Assembly (NCBI RefSeq): GCF_036588685.1
Contig: NC_086374.1
Coordinates: 30,752,001-30,816,000, forward strand
DNA: 64,000 bases
From: Mytilus trossulus
Taxonomy: Eukaryota
Direction of reading: 5' to 3'
Below the pieces are notes generated by a model. It was not told the origin of the DNA, ran no database searches, and saw nothing but the letters and a program-made list of their open reading frames with translations. Below, in pieces: positions 39,301 to 51,806 of the stretch; position 1 is the first letter of the stretch; every line of letters starts with the position of its first letter. A program made the translations under genes and the position numbers.

Positions 39301-42300
39301 TTTTTGTTATTTTACTTTTTCCTACTATTGTACAAACTAGATAATTTCTGTGTTTCTCAAGTGCTATATTTTCAACATTCAACGCTACTTCCCGTAAAGT
39401 TCGAATAATTTAATTTTGGATATAACGCGTCTTCTGATTGGCTGACGTTATTTTGTTATCGGCCCATATAGATAATTCATAAATGTTTTTTCATGGTTTT
39501 CTACGGTTTAAAATGAAATTTAGAATTAAATTATAAGAAATGGCTGTAATATTTTTTTCGGCCTATTCGAAATAACATAAAAAATGTGGTGCACACAGTT
39601 AAATAACCAGCTACGCGCGTTATTCAGTGTGCACCAAATTTCTTATGTTATTTATTCATAGACAGAAAAAATATTACAGTCATTCCTCAAATGAAAGAGT
39701 GGTGAAAAAATAAAAATAAAAATAATTTTTTTTTAAACAAAGTCCAGAATGCTAAAAAGAAGTCTGATAAAGACAAAGGCAAATGAACTTCCACGAAATT
39801 GATTACTTGAACAGGTAAAATCCCCAATATTCAGAAGCAGAATTGAAAACAATATTATATTTCAAAACTCGAACACAATGTAATAATTTTGATGAACGTA
39901 CAAGATGATATACACGCCGATAACAGAAATTCAATAGTGGCAATTACGTTTTTAAAAATCAAACTTCATATTCAAAATCACATTCAAAGGTAAGAACATA
40001 AAGCATTTATTAAATATTTTGTTTCAGAGATAAAAAAAATCTCCTCAACTGACATTATTAAGATGTTCAATTTCTTGATTGACATGTATATGTTACTTTT
40101 ATAGTACATGTTGTTCCAATGAGACAGACTAATTACATGAGCTCCTTATGGAGAATGAAAAGAAGCTATACGAATTTGTTGGTCTGTGTATGTTTCTCTT
40201 CTTTTAATTTTTAAAAATTCACCATTTGAACTGAAAAATATGGTAAACATTTTTCTGTATGATCAATAAACATTATTGTCTTCTTAGAATAGAAATATAT
40301 AATAGTTTTTTTATCAATCTAAATAAAATGCTTCTGACATTGAACTTTTTAAAATTTTATAATCTCAGACTGTGTGAATGCTACCTTGTATGAAGAAGCG
40401 GTTACATGGTACACAGCAGAAAACTATTGTGCAAAAGAAGGAGGGAGTTTAGTAAACCTTACTCATTCGAATGGCATCTATAAAAGCTTTGAGAAAACAG
40501 AATGGATTTCATCAGGGTACTGACACATTTCTTTGTTTTACTATTTTTACAATAAGAAAGTAAAAAAAGTATGATTTTTTTTTTACCTTTAATGTATAAA
40601 CCCGTGAACAGAATGACACGATGCTCAAATGTTATCGTCAAATTAAGAACTGTAAAAATAAATATTTCATATCAAAATCGATGACTCAATTTCAAGATTG
40701 CTAGTAAATATAATTTGAACGTTAAAATATAATCATATTTTAAAAGGAAGTAAAAATAATCTAGTTATTTGCTTACTTTTACTGAAAAGTACTACTTGCA
40801 AGACTGGTAATTTCTTCAAAAAATTTCGACTTTTGTAAAGTTATTCCAGTATAAAAAAGATAATCATGGTGTTTACTGTTCTAGGCTAACTAAGTTTTGG
40901 ACTGGTCATTATGCATCAGGGAATATTGTCGAAAATTTTGAGATTTCAAAGATGGATTATTTTGATGAAGTAGTAAATAATCAAACGGGTTGTGTTTACC
41001 TTATTGTAAAACGACAAAATAAAGGCTTTCCTAAATACCAATTGGTAACAGATTCGTGCAATGAAGCAACGTATGGATTTATATGCATGAAACCCACACG
41101 TAAGTCAACTGTTTTACTTATAACTAAAGCTATATCATTTAAACTTCTTTGTTATAAATGATTGAAAATAAAAACATATCTAAGAAATCGGAAAAGAATA
41201 AAAAAAAATGATACAGAGACTGACTTGGTTGACTGCACATTTCTTTACATCGAGTTAAGTTATAGATTTAAAAAAACAATAAATTGATATTTTCCACATG
41301 TTTCTAGAACGAGATTTCAACGAGACTAAAACGTCAGAAGTAAAACATTTTTAAGGTATCAGATAAAACCGAGAGAATTGCGCGAACTTCAAAAGAGGAG
41401 GGCCCGTATGTGTCTAGAGGGAAATCGTTTTTTTTTTCTCTTTTTTTATTCAGTGTTATATTTTTAATTTTGCATTTGTTACATAAAGTACCGGTAAAAT
41501 ATCCCGGTCTCTATAACGTAAGTATAACATATATCAGGGGTAAGGTTAGTATTTGTTAGTGCACACAATATATCTAATAGTTTAGCTAATGACATATATG
41601 CAGCTAAATAAAATAAAAATAATATATTATAATTTTTAGTTCAAGAAGATAATTTAATTTTAGCTGCAACCAGATTATGGAAGTATTCATATTTGTCTTC
41701 TTTATTTATTAATATTTCATGTGTGTTGATGAAATTCTCTAATTTCAAACACATTAGTTTGTTTTGTTTTTTGCTCGGATATATAATATCCTTTGTATAC
41801 AGTAAAAACAGATTGTAAATAAATCATTTATACTGTAATTACTTGTATCGTTTATTTTGTATCTATGGTTTACGTGATATCATATGAATTCATATTTTAA
41901 GTTTATCAAATAAAAGTTTTATTTGATCCAAAAAAGATATTAGAAATTTGCATGTCAAAAAGAGATGTCCATAATCTTCGATGACATAACAAATATTGCA
42001 TAGTGGAGTTTAAGTTATTTTCCAACAAAAAAGTAATTATTTGGCTGTTAGTATGTAATGCAGGTATTTTCATCTCAATATTTGGATTTGTTGTCTTGTA
42101 TATAGTAAAAGATATAGTAAAGCATTTGTTGTCTTTTGCTTAATTTGTTTTCTAAAATTCGGTCCAATTTTTTAATTACTATTTGTGTTTCATAATAAAA
42201 TTGAGAATAGAAATGAGGAAAAGGTAAAAGAGACAACAACCCGACCTTAGAGCGGACAACAACCAAATCCAGCAATGGGTCTTCAATGCAGCGAGAAACT

Positions 42301-45300
42301 CCTGCACGCGAAGTCGTCCTTCAGCTGTCCTCTTAACATAGTTGAATACTAGTTCAGTGATAATGGACGTCATACTATACTCCGAATTATACACAAAAAA
42401 TAACATAAATGATACATGACTAACAAAGACCAGAAGCTCCTGACTTGGGACAGACGCAAAAATGCGACGGGGTTATTCAAGAGGGAAATGTTTTTAATTG
42501 ATACCATTTTCCTTTTCTATCTGGACGAATGCCAATTCCTTTCAAGTGTCACAATCGAGAATACAACAAAATAGGTAAAACGACAGATGAGACAATTATA
42601 CTGGTATAAGACCGCCAACACACTGAAAGGAGAACCTTCAAATATATCAATTGACACCCTTGTTAAAAAATATCTGTGTCAGAATGAACCATCTATCAAG
42701 GAAATCATGATAGGAAATGTAAGCACTGAAATCTCGTATCAATATATTTATATAAATTCTGTATTCAGGCGCTGCTGATTTGTTGCTGAATGGAGCTAAA
42801 TTTTGATTCGTATTGAATAGTAATGGTACGAGTTGACAATCTTGATTGAACAATATAACTGAAATAGATAGACTAAGCTGTTTTCAAAGATTTCAAAATA
42901 TGCAAAGAATTTTTTTTTTCGATTCAATTTTATCATTTGGTGTCTATTTTTTGCAGATGAGTATTATTTTGATAGAACAGAAAAAATGATTGTAGTAGGC
43001 AGCAATGTTCTCAAATACGATGGTCAGCCCTATACTATAACGGAGTGTCAGGATGAGTGCTTTGTAATGATAAAAAATGGATTTGCATGTACTGGCTTTG
43101 ATTATAATAGAGCAAATTCGAGCTGCCGGTTTAATGAATTAATCTTCCCTAGCGAAATTCCGAAAAATGTCTGGCAATTTAGCTCCGATTGGGACACTGT
43201 TGATCGTACCGTAGTACATGGTATGCATAAACGTAAGGTTAAGTAAAATTGAAGAGTAAATATGATATGTAACTTTTTGGCTTCAGGCTGTTACTAGAAA
43301 TAAAAAAAACGGTAACTCATTTAACTATTAGCATGGACAATTATCGAATGAACAATGTATAAATCGTAAGTACAGATTGATTGTATAATATGTAAAAACT
43401 GTGTCAAATTTGTTTAAAATACTGACATGCCTAGATGTTTTTGTACAATAGATTATGTCTGTCAGAATGGATCTTATTTGGTCATGTTTTTCTTAAATCC
43501 TACCCCATAAATGTCAACCTATCAATGTCATCATATTGTTAATTATAAAGCAAACAAAACTCATACATTGATGTCTTATATTTTTCTATCCAATATCAGG
43601 GTAAATAACTCGAAACAAGAACCGTTTTACAATTGTTAGAAAACATAATCGAGTACACAGTATACTGCTAGAAGTTTGAGCAAACGTATCGAAGTGAAAT
43701 TTATAACACAAGGAAGCTATTAAACCAAGAGTTCCAAATGGTGAAGTTGAAATCAACCCTTCGTAAATTTTACGGACGCCATCACGAGTTGGTTGACCGT
43801 TACGGAATAACCGTTTCACAAATAATATCGGATAAGTTCCTTACGTCGTAACTACAATCCCCTTCCCTTTCATGAATTTGACCTACCGAATTAGACTATT
43901 TACCGGATTTGTAATCACATAAGCAACACGACGGGTGCCGCATGTGGAGCAGGATCTGCTTATCTTTTCCGGAGCACCTGATATCACCCCTAGTTTTTGG
44001 TGGGGTTCGTGTTGTTTATTCTTTAGTTTTCTATGTTGTGTCATGTGTACTTTTGTTTTTCTGTTTGTCTTTTTCAGTTTTAGCCATGGCGTTGTCAGTT
44101 TGTTTTAGATTTATGAGTTTGACTGTCCCTTTGGTATCTTTCGTTCCCCTTTTATACATAATTGTAGCTTAAAATGCTCCAAATACCTTAGATTTTAATA
44201 ATAATAATAAAAAAAAAACAACATACGTTGGTCTTTCTTGTATTTATGATTTTTTTCAAAAGTTCAATGACGGTTTCCAGTTCGTCTTACGGTTGGTACA
44301 GGAGCAAATACGGAAACCACCAGTACACGAAAAGGGACAGTTTTTCAAACTGAAAGAATTTAACATTTAAATTTGTCCTTTATTTTGGTCATGATTGTAA
44401 TATGTTATTTTTTGTCTGGATTATCTGATTTTCCCAAAGGCATCTAAAATATATTACTTACACTAAAGTAATTTTTATAGTACATATCCAAAGAGTAGCT
44501 TTGAACTAATTGTGCAATAATGTATCCGAAGCTGTTTATATATTGTATTATATTTGTTGTTTAGTTATTTTAGTTCGCCTATTTAATTTAATTTTAGCAA
44601 TAGTTGGTAATTATATGCAAAAAGAAGAAGCTGTACATAGTATGTATGATATATAGCGTAATGTGTCGTATTTACTTCATTGTCGCAAGTCATTAAATAT
44701 AAAAACTATTCTTTAAAACACTAAGATCACAGCCCTTCCATATAAACTTCAATAGGTCTAAGTGAAATAATATATAAATGTCAATAAGTTGTATGCATTT
44801 CATTTCATCAATGTTTATGATGTTTATGTTGTAAATATAGAGAAAACTTTTTTTTTTAGCAACAGATAATGAAGATAGAGCAACATTCCATGGAGATAAT
44901 GCTGATGATCATATTGCTGCAACTGTAACTGGTAAGCAAAGTCTTATTAAAACTGTAACATGCTATATTAATTTAACTTCAAACAGACAATTCAGTCATA
45001 AATTATAGTTATCATTGAGATACTACACTATTACATTAAATAAAAAATAAAAAAGAAATATTCGATGGAAATTATCAGACCAATAAACGCCTTAATGGTC
45101 ATGTAAGGTATTCCCGAATACGTTAATGGTATATAAGCATAGAGTTGTTAAATACTATACCGTAAAGATCGAGGAAAGGAGGAAAACAGTTACACTATTC
45201 TGGCAGTAGTCATTTAAAGCTTCGCCTGTTTGTACTTCATTATTTTGCAGCCGCTGTCCATCACCCAAGAGGACATTCAAAACTCATTGGTTGAGATAGA

Positions 45301-47759
45301 ATTACAACATCATTGCAAAAAACAAGGGATGACGAGAATTAGAACCGAACAATTTCACAATACCTTTTTTAACATAAAGGCTAAGCAATAAGAATCCCGG
45401 CGGAAAAACATGGGTTCATCTGCTTGTATTATAGGTTAAAAATGACAATTCGTGTATAACATTCGAAACCTCAAGGAAAAGTGAATGTTACGCGTATTAT
45501 TTTTATCTCATGTGCGACAGAGAGGTCTTTATCAGTGAAAAACACAGTTTATGTTCTACTCGGTGAGCAATTCCATTTGATCAAAAAGTGTTAACGTTTG
45601 TTGATGATTTTTTTTTATTAAGCATAAATTTTTTGACCCTAAAGCCAAGGATTATTAGTTAATACTTTGCGCATATGTTTATTTTTTTTCTAGGAAAAAC
45701 ATTTGCTGTTTTAGCATGCATAGTTGTAACTGTGGCCGGTGTAGCGGTTATAGGATCAATTATCATTAAAATCATGAAGATAACACAAAATGGTGTAAGT
45801 ATAATTAAAATTTCAAATTGCTTTAACTGAATTCAAATTACAATTTTCATTTACAAATTTGTCAGGTAACTTAGTTTTAATACACTCCCTTTTATTTTCA
45901 TTTTTTTTAGTGGATATATATACGGAAATAGCTTTTGTTGACATTGAATTGAATTGGCAAAGACCAATGGTTTGCGTTATATTCTATCAAAATTGTGCTA
46001 ATTAATCAATAAAACGGCGGAGGAGCTAATAGTTATTTTAAACGCTGAGAGTGTCTTTTGATAAGCGTAATTAAAAAGAGCAAACTTAGTTGCTTTTTAT
46101 AACTTCCGTTCTAATAGCACAGCTTATTATAACGGGAAGAGTAAAGGGGAATTAAAATAAAATAAAAATTGAGTTCTTTAAAAAAAAATCATGGACTACA
46201 ATTGTTCATTTGAGGCAAATCTTAACGTACGCCGAAGTCAGTCGTCTGTCATACGGCGTTGTCGTCCGTTAACTTTTATAAAAAAAAAAAGCCCTATATC
46301 TTCTGAAACCACTAGGCCAAACACTTTGCTACATTGATTATCAGAATATCTAGTGTAAGAAATGTTATCGATGACCCGCCTGCATGATTACCAACTGAAA
46401 TTAGCAGACATGGATCAATATAGAACATAGGCGTACTATGCAAGCTATGTCTTAAAAACAAGTTAAAGTTTTAAAAGGTGCAGAAATATTAAAAATGATT
46501 AGATGCTCATTTCATCAACATTCTTATTCGACTTCTCTTTGAAGGTATTGCCATTTAAAGACGATTTTGACTGTTTTTTGTTTTGTTTTTTTGTGTACTG
46601 TTTTAAAACTATTATATAAAGATATAAACTTAAAACAGCAAAAATTATCAGGAAGACAAGCTTAACAAATATATGTAAGTATATCGACTTAAATCATCAG
46701 TCGATTCCTTTATTGACTTATTGCTCTTCAATGACGATTTTTAACCATTTCAGTGTTGTTGCCTATAACCACGAATGCTACAATATTCAGACAAAAACTG
46801 AAATCAACAAAAATGATGAGCAAGGCATGGTTTATAGATTAAAGCTTATGACTGAAATTATTAGCCGATTCGCATTTCATGTTTCGCTCTTGCATTTAAA
46901 TGACGATATTTACCATTTTTAGTGTTGTTACCTAATATTTTGGAATCTATGATATCTAAACTTATTTTATATAAAAAAAAATATCACCAAAATAAGAGCA
47001 ATTCAAATAAATCAGCATACTTGAAGTCGTCAGTGGATTCTTGTTAGAGATTTACCGATTTGATACCTTGAAAACAAGAAAACGAATTTAGAGCCGACCA
47101 TATTTGCTATTTATAGTGTCTATCTATCATATAATAATGTCCAAGATAAAGGAGGGATTACCTTTAAGAAGATTGTTTGACCTATTTTGGGGGTTTTTAT
47201 TTAAGGAAAAAAACACCAAATAAAACAGAACGACTCTGTAAGCAGTAAAAGTGTACAATGATGTAAGATCAACATGAAAGGTGTTTGTCATTAGTTTATT
47301 CTAATTAACAATGTTGGAGAGTGTCCATTGTTGAAGAAACACATATTATTTGTTAAACAACACAGACTCTTTATAGCTTCTAGCTCAATAACAATACATT
47401 TCGCAATATGTAATTTCCTAAGAAAAGTAACATTGTCCTTTTAAAAAGATAGATCCAACTGTCAACTATATCACTTTATAAGTCATATTTAATTCAATAG
47501 AAAAGTTATGTCTTTCATTTCTTTTTTTCAGGACACTTCTTGTGCGATAAATAACTCACATTATGGGGAAGATGTTTGCTTTTCAAAATTCAAACCTGTA
47601 GTTTGCGGAATTATAAATAAAAACAATTTTATCAATAGGCCTCCGGAAAACTTTCAGCTAAGAAGAATTGCTGTCTCTGAAAGACATTGTAGCTATGTAC
47701 CCCATATGTATCACCTAGAATACATTGAAAATCAATCATATACCAGCTTTGATTTTTGA
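33315..47759 (+). CDS. Type-I membrane protein with C-type lectin-like and PAN/apple domains, ~463 aa: join(33315..33347,34071..34119,38148..38429,40369..40516,40885..41099,42957..43220,44860..44931,45694..45794,47532..47759)
   Basis: Phase-consistent GT/AG exons (1392 nt). Signal MLLVIIYLFIGFSIANS; CTLD (VTWYTAENYCAKEGGSLV..FWTG..GCVYL..DSCNEATYGFICMK); PAN (ECQDEC..ACTGFDYNRANSSCRF); TM FAVLACIVVTVAGVAVIGSIII; ~85-aa tail. The start may instead be ATG 34089. Confidence 0.75.
34071..34119 (+). CDS. Lectin/PAN receptor signal-peptide exon (VPVIYDMLLVIIYLFI)
   Basis: tttttcag|...G|gtaaga; hydrophobic; phase 1. Confidence 0.7.
34791..35156. mobile_element. TA-flanked MITE interrupted by a Penelope-like 3' fragment (34900-35082)
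   Basis: ta|CTGTGGATTCATT..GGGTACTAATTTTC / GAAAATTAGTACCC..AATCCATGG|ta. Confidence 0.65.
38148..38429 (+). CDS. Lectin/PAN receptor exon: degenerate CTL-like module (LTW...LCIYA...GWVPLNCND...ACC)
   Basis: ttttttag|GC...G|gtaatt; 93 open codons; absent from the ORF track because it lacks an early start codon. Confidence 0.72.
38762..39065 (-). mobile_element. Degenerate retrozyme-like unit
   Basis: ccagacgcgcgtttcgccttcacaagactcacaag; family flanks; core decayed. Confidence 0.65.
40369..41099 (+). CDS. Lectin/PAN receptor exons 40369..40516 and 40885..41099: C-type lectin domain
   Basis: TW..AENYC...GGSLV / FWTG / C...C.....FIC pattern; canonical splice sites, phase 2 join. Confidence 0.82.
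42600..42830 (-). mobile_element. Penelope-like RT thumb remnant
   Basis: SNKSAAPEYRIYINILIRDFSAYISYHDFLDR (ORF 42647..42853). Confidence 0.6.
42957..43220 (+). CDS. Lectin/PAN receptor exon: PAN/apple domain
   Basis: ttgcag|...G|gtatgc; CxxxC..CxGFxY....C..WDxxxR pattern; ORF 42986.. Confidence 0.8.
43710..44150 (+). mobile_element. 3' end of the same Penelope-like family (other fragments at 11985-12320, 15118-15330, 17217-17335, 34900-35082, 57960-58135)
   Basis: RKLLNQEFQMVKLKSTLRKFYGRHHELVDRYG followed by the ccggagcacctg..ggggttcgtgttg tail. Confidence 0.78.
45694..45794 (+). CDS. Lectin/PAN receptor transmembrane exon
   Basis: ttctag|GA...GGT|gtaagt; 22 hydrophobic residues followed by KIMK. 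Confidence 0.78.
46210..47110 (+). repeat. Degenerate HINE-like element with internal diverged tandem repeats
   Basis: gtcgtc..gtcgtccgttaac head; repeated aaaaatga..agcaag and ccattt..agtgttgtt blocks. Confidence 0.5.
47532..47759 (+). CDS. Lectin/PAN receptor cytoplasmic terminal exon (...YHLEYIENQSYTSFDF*)
   Basis: tttttttcag|GAC; in frame with ORF 47508..47759. Confidence 0.7.
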   Translation, partial: DTSCAINNSHYGEDVCFSKFKPVVCGIINKNNFINRPPENFQLRRIAVSERHCSYVPHMYHLEYIENQSYTSFDF

Positions 47760-49164
47760 AGAGGACTTCTTTGTATTTACTGGTACATGTTGTCTAGTAT
47801 GCAATGGTCTTTGATGAACACTTTTAGTTATAGTGTTTGTACATATAAGAACATGGTTATTGTTATCTGTAAACGTTTATATTCATAAGATGTAGGCTCA
47901 GTGATTTTGTTCACCACAGAAACACCGAACTGAGATAAAAAAAATAATTATATTTTGTATTGCAGATTAGATTTTTTATAGTACTATCTTCTTCTATCAA
48001 ATTTCATGCATATAGGTTGCTTGAAATCTAAAAATGCTAAAAATCATTGCATTTTACATGTCCAGTCCAAATATATACAAAAATTTGCTTTTTTAAACAA
48101 GATATTTGTCCAACTTTGAATTAAATTTCTGCTAATTGGATAAATTATCACATGTCTGATTTATCTTTTACCATATATATTGTCCTTCAGCTATACTCAG
48201 TTGGTAATTGCATTAAAAACAAACCTTAATTGGTTTCCTACAGGTCTATTCAAAGTTGGCAAAAATCACAACATTAACAAAAGATTATAATTAAGGTTTA
48301 AAAAAGTATAACTTGAATATAACACTAACAGTTATTATCAAATATAAATATGTACATCTTTAAATTGTGAATATATGTACAATATTTTTTACTAAGGCCA
48401 GAAACATATTATTGTATTATATGACTCTTCTAAGGCTATTGATGACTTTTCAATACTGCAACAGTTTATTTTTTTTACTGAAGTATACAAACCAATAGTC
48501 ATGCTTTATAAAAATCAAAGCACTGTAGGCAGTTAACCAAAAAACATGGCAAACATAATTATGAAAACTGTCTGACTGTGGCAATGTTGCTTCAACTTTT
48601 TTTTTAAAGATTTAAAAGAACAAACATTAAACATTCATATATAATTGTACATTTATGTTCATTTAATGAATTAAACATTAAGGCAAATAATTCATATTTT
48701 ATCAAGGTTTTCAATAGCAACGCACATGACCACGAATAGTCACGAGTCTTTAATGAGTCAGCAGTGGTACAACTTTGCAATGATTGCAGTTCTTCTACTT
48801 GATCGTAATTGTTCGTATTAGTTGACTGTTAGTAGTTCAAGTTGACTTTAGTACAAGCTTGTAAAAGTATGAATGGACTTGCTTCCCTGGAAACAAAAAC
48901 TGAGTTTGTGTTGTACAGTACAAAAGTTATGAGACACAAATCAGACAAATGTTTACTACTACAGGGGTCAATGGTGAGGTCTGACTTATAAATGTAAACG
49001 ACTCCCACCTTCACCCCAAGTCCATGATGTCTAAGTTTGTAATAAAATGACTGGTGTTAGGGTCTAGCAAAGTGATATGCATATGTGTCGCCTATGAGAT
49101 TGACCTTGTATGTCATTCAATCTTTTTTGAAATGACAAACAGGAATGAATATGGTTTAGGCGTT

Positions 49165-49680
49165 GGTATCTCAATCTTTTACAAGTTCTCAAAACACACA
49201 CAAGAGGGTGTGGGGTGACCCTAGGGACTACCCCTAATTTTCATTTGATTTTTATATTGTCCCATACATGAATATGTATGGTTTATTGGTGGGGATCTCG
49301 ACCGTTATCAAGTTTTCAAACAGGAGGGGGTGGGGGACCCCAGTGACTTCCCCTTTATTTAATTTGATTTGTTATATTGTCCAATACATGAATATATATG
49401 GTTGAGGAGTGGGGATCTCATCTGTTTTTAAGTTATCAAACAGGAGTGGGTAGGGTGACCCTAAGGACTCTCCCTATATTTCATTTGATTAGTTCTCATA
49501 CATGAATATATATGGTTTAATCTAAAGGTGGGGATCTCGACTGTTTCCAATTTCTCAATCAGGTGACTGCAGGGACTCCCCTATATTTCATTTAATTTAG
49601 AGTTGTGGATCCCAACTGTTTCAAAGTTCTTAAACATGAGGGGTAGGGTGACCACAGGGACTTCCCCTATATTTCATTTT
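49165..49680. repeat. ~120-bp tandem repeat, ~4.5 diverged copies
   Basis: Repeated gggtgaccc..gggact..ccctatatttcatttg..catacatgaatat..gtggggatctc. Confidence 0.85.
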
Positions 49681-49892
49681 GGTCTGTTGTGGATAGTTGT
49701 CTCATTGGCAATCATACCACATCTTTTTTTTTATATCAGAAACTTCCAGCTATTTTAACTGACCTATTAAAACTGAGAAGAAAAATAATACCCCTTGAAA
49801 TTGCAGTAATATGTTCAACTTGAAAAACATTTAACATGCATTACCAACATTTATCACTGATAAAAAAAAAATTGTTAGATAAACTGTTACCA

Positions 49893-50256
49893 CTGTTACA
49901 AAAATTCCAAAAAGTTGTGCCAAATACGGCTAAGATAATCTACTCCTGGGGTAAGAAAATCCTTAGTTTTTCGAAAAGTTCAAAGTTTTGTAAACAGAAA
50001 ATTTATAAAAATGACCATATAATTGATATTCATGTCAACACCGAAGTGCTGACTACTGGGCTGGTGATACCCTTGGGGACGAAACGTCCACCAGCAGTGG
50101 CATCGACCCAGTGGTGTAAATAGTTATCAAAAGTACCAGGATTATAATTTCATACGCCAGACGCGCGTTTCGTCTACATAAGACTCATCAGTGACGCTCA
50201 GATCAAAATAGTGAAAAAGCCAAAACATATACAAAGTTGAAGAGCATTGAGGACCA
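49893..50256 (-). mobile_element. Retrozyme-like monomer (~365 nt) with intact hammerhead
   Basis: One circularly permuted unit of the same family as 5725-6012, 38762-39065 and 52422-52557. Confidence 0.78.
50154..50197 (-). ncRNA. Minimal type-I hammerhead ribozyme, intact core
   Basis: Minus strand GCGTCA-CTGATGA-GTCT(TATGT)AGAC-GAAA-C(GCGC)G-TC^-TGGCGT: stems I and II pair, and loop III is palindromic. Confidence 0.88.
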
Positions 50257-51806
50257 AACACGGGCATGGATCTTCTCTTTTATTTGACATGTACAAGACT
50301 AGTATTACAAATCGAAGGTAATGTATTTTCCTGTAGGGAATAAGATTAGTAAAGTGCAATGATGAAACCTACGAAGTCATCACTCTTGTTTTACATAATG
50401 AAAGCTCAATGACTATATGATAAATTTGAATAAAGATGAGAAATATTTCAAAGAAACACCAACCCACCAAGGCAGAAAACAGTCGCAGGTCACCAGTGGA
50501 TCTTCAACAAGAATATGTCTTCTGCTGTTTATGATAAGTACATACTATAAAACCAATTTAACAATTAAAACACAACGAAACAGACTCAAAAGGCATGCTC
50601 CTTAATTTTAAATATCTATAATCATTCTTCACCAAACTGTATATATATCTAAGAAAAAAAACATTGTCCTTTTAAAGAAATTCTGCCCCTATGACAGGAG
50701 GTCAGTTGGGTTTATACGTTTACTCTCAGGGAATTTAAATTTTTCTACATTTACAAATCAATTAAATTTTAACCCCTCGTCAAACCAAAACGCTATTGAA
50801 ATGGCCAATAATAGTCTCAAGTTTTTTCATGCGCATTTATTGTCTATCATATATCTAAGACGTTCCGTTTTTTGTGATAACTACTTCGGGTCAGGGATTA
50901 CATGTGACAGATTCATTCGAGTTTTTTTTTAAAACTTTAGCATGCTTCACCAGCCATACGAATCGATGACAAGTAGTTTAAAGGTCTCAATCGGGGATAT
51001 TAAAAAAATGAAAACTATGTTACTATTCTGGTGTCTGAAGATCTACGACTTTGACAACATTTTGCTTTGAGTTGAAACACAAATATATCGTATCGGACAT
51101 CCAATTCGTGATTGTGGCCGTAAAACGTATGTAGTGCCCATTTCAGTATTCTTCTTTTTGATTGTATTTGAGAATTGTTTGAAGTAGGGACACGAACCTG
51201 ATTTTAAACCTATAAACACTAATCATACTGATTCAATCCTCTATCTATACATTATCATCATTTTTCTTTGCAACGTAGGGATCTATAATGTATGATGCAT
51301 GAATATACTAGATATCAAATAATAAAAAGATAATAATCCACAGCATTCCTTCTTCGATTCTTTCCTTAAAGTTCAATATCAGGGAAGTCAATAAAGACAT
51401 TAGCTGAATTGACTTTTCGCCCGCTGGTGACAGCACCGGGAATGATTTTCTTAAATCATGCATGACCTTTTTCTACTATAATAAACAAAACATCATCACC
51501 ATGCATGTTGTTTCCCATTAATGATAGATTAGTTTAATGCTAGCAAGTCAATATTCTCTGTTATAATACAACACGAACTGCGATCAATGATACCTGCTTT
51601 ATAATTATTTTTTTCCAAATCAATATCTATACTAAACTAAAATGTTTTAATTTTGAAGTGTAAATCATTGACTGTCTTTTTAAAAGCATATCTTATCATT
51701 TTAATAAACTTGAAAAGCTTGACCGATTATAAATAACCAAACACACTAAAGGATTATCATACAGTGCAGGTGTCAAAATCCTCTTTGTTTGTATTCGTAC
51801 AGCGGG

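Noticed and set aside
49165-49680. Regularly spaced repeats as a CRISPR array
   Set aside because: Whole ~120-bp units repeat with no unique spacers; eukaryotic context, no cas genes
49836-50123. 95-aa ORF (and similar ORFs at 5643, 5880, 9498, 34864, 43942, 17184, 17281)
   Set aside because: They lie within non-coding retrozyme, PLE-tail or other repeat sequence; spurious frames
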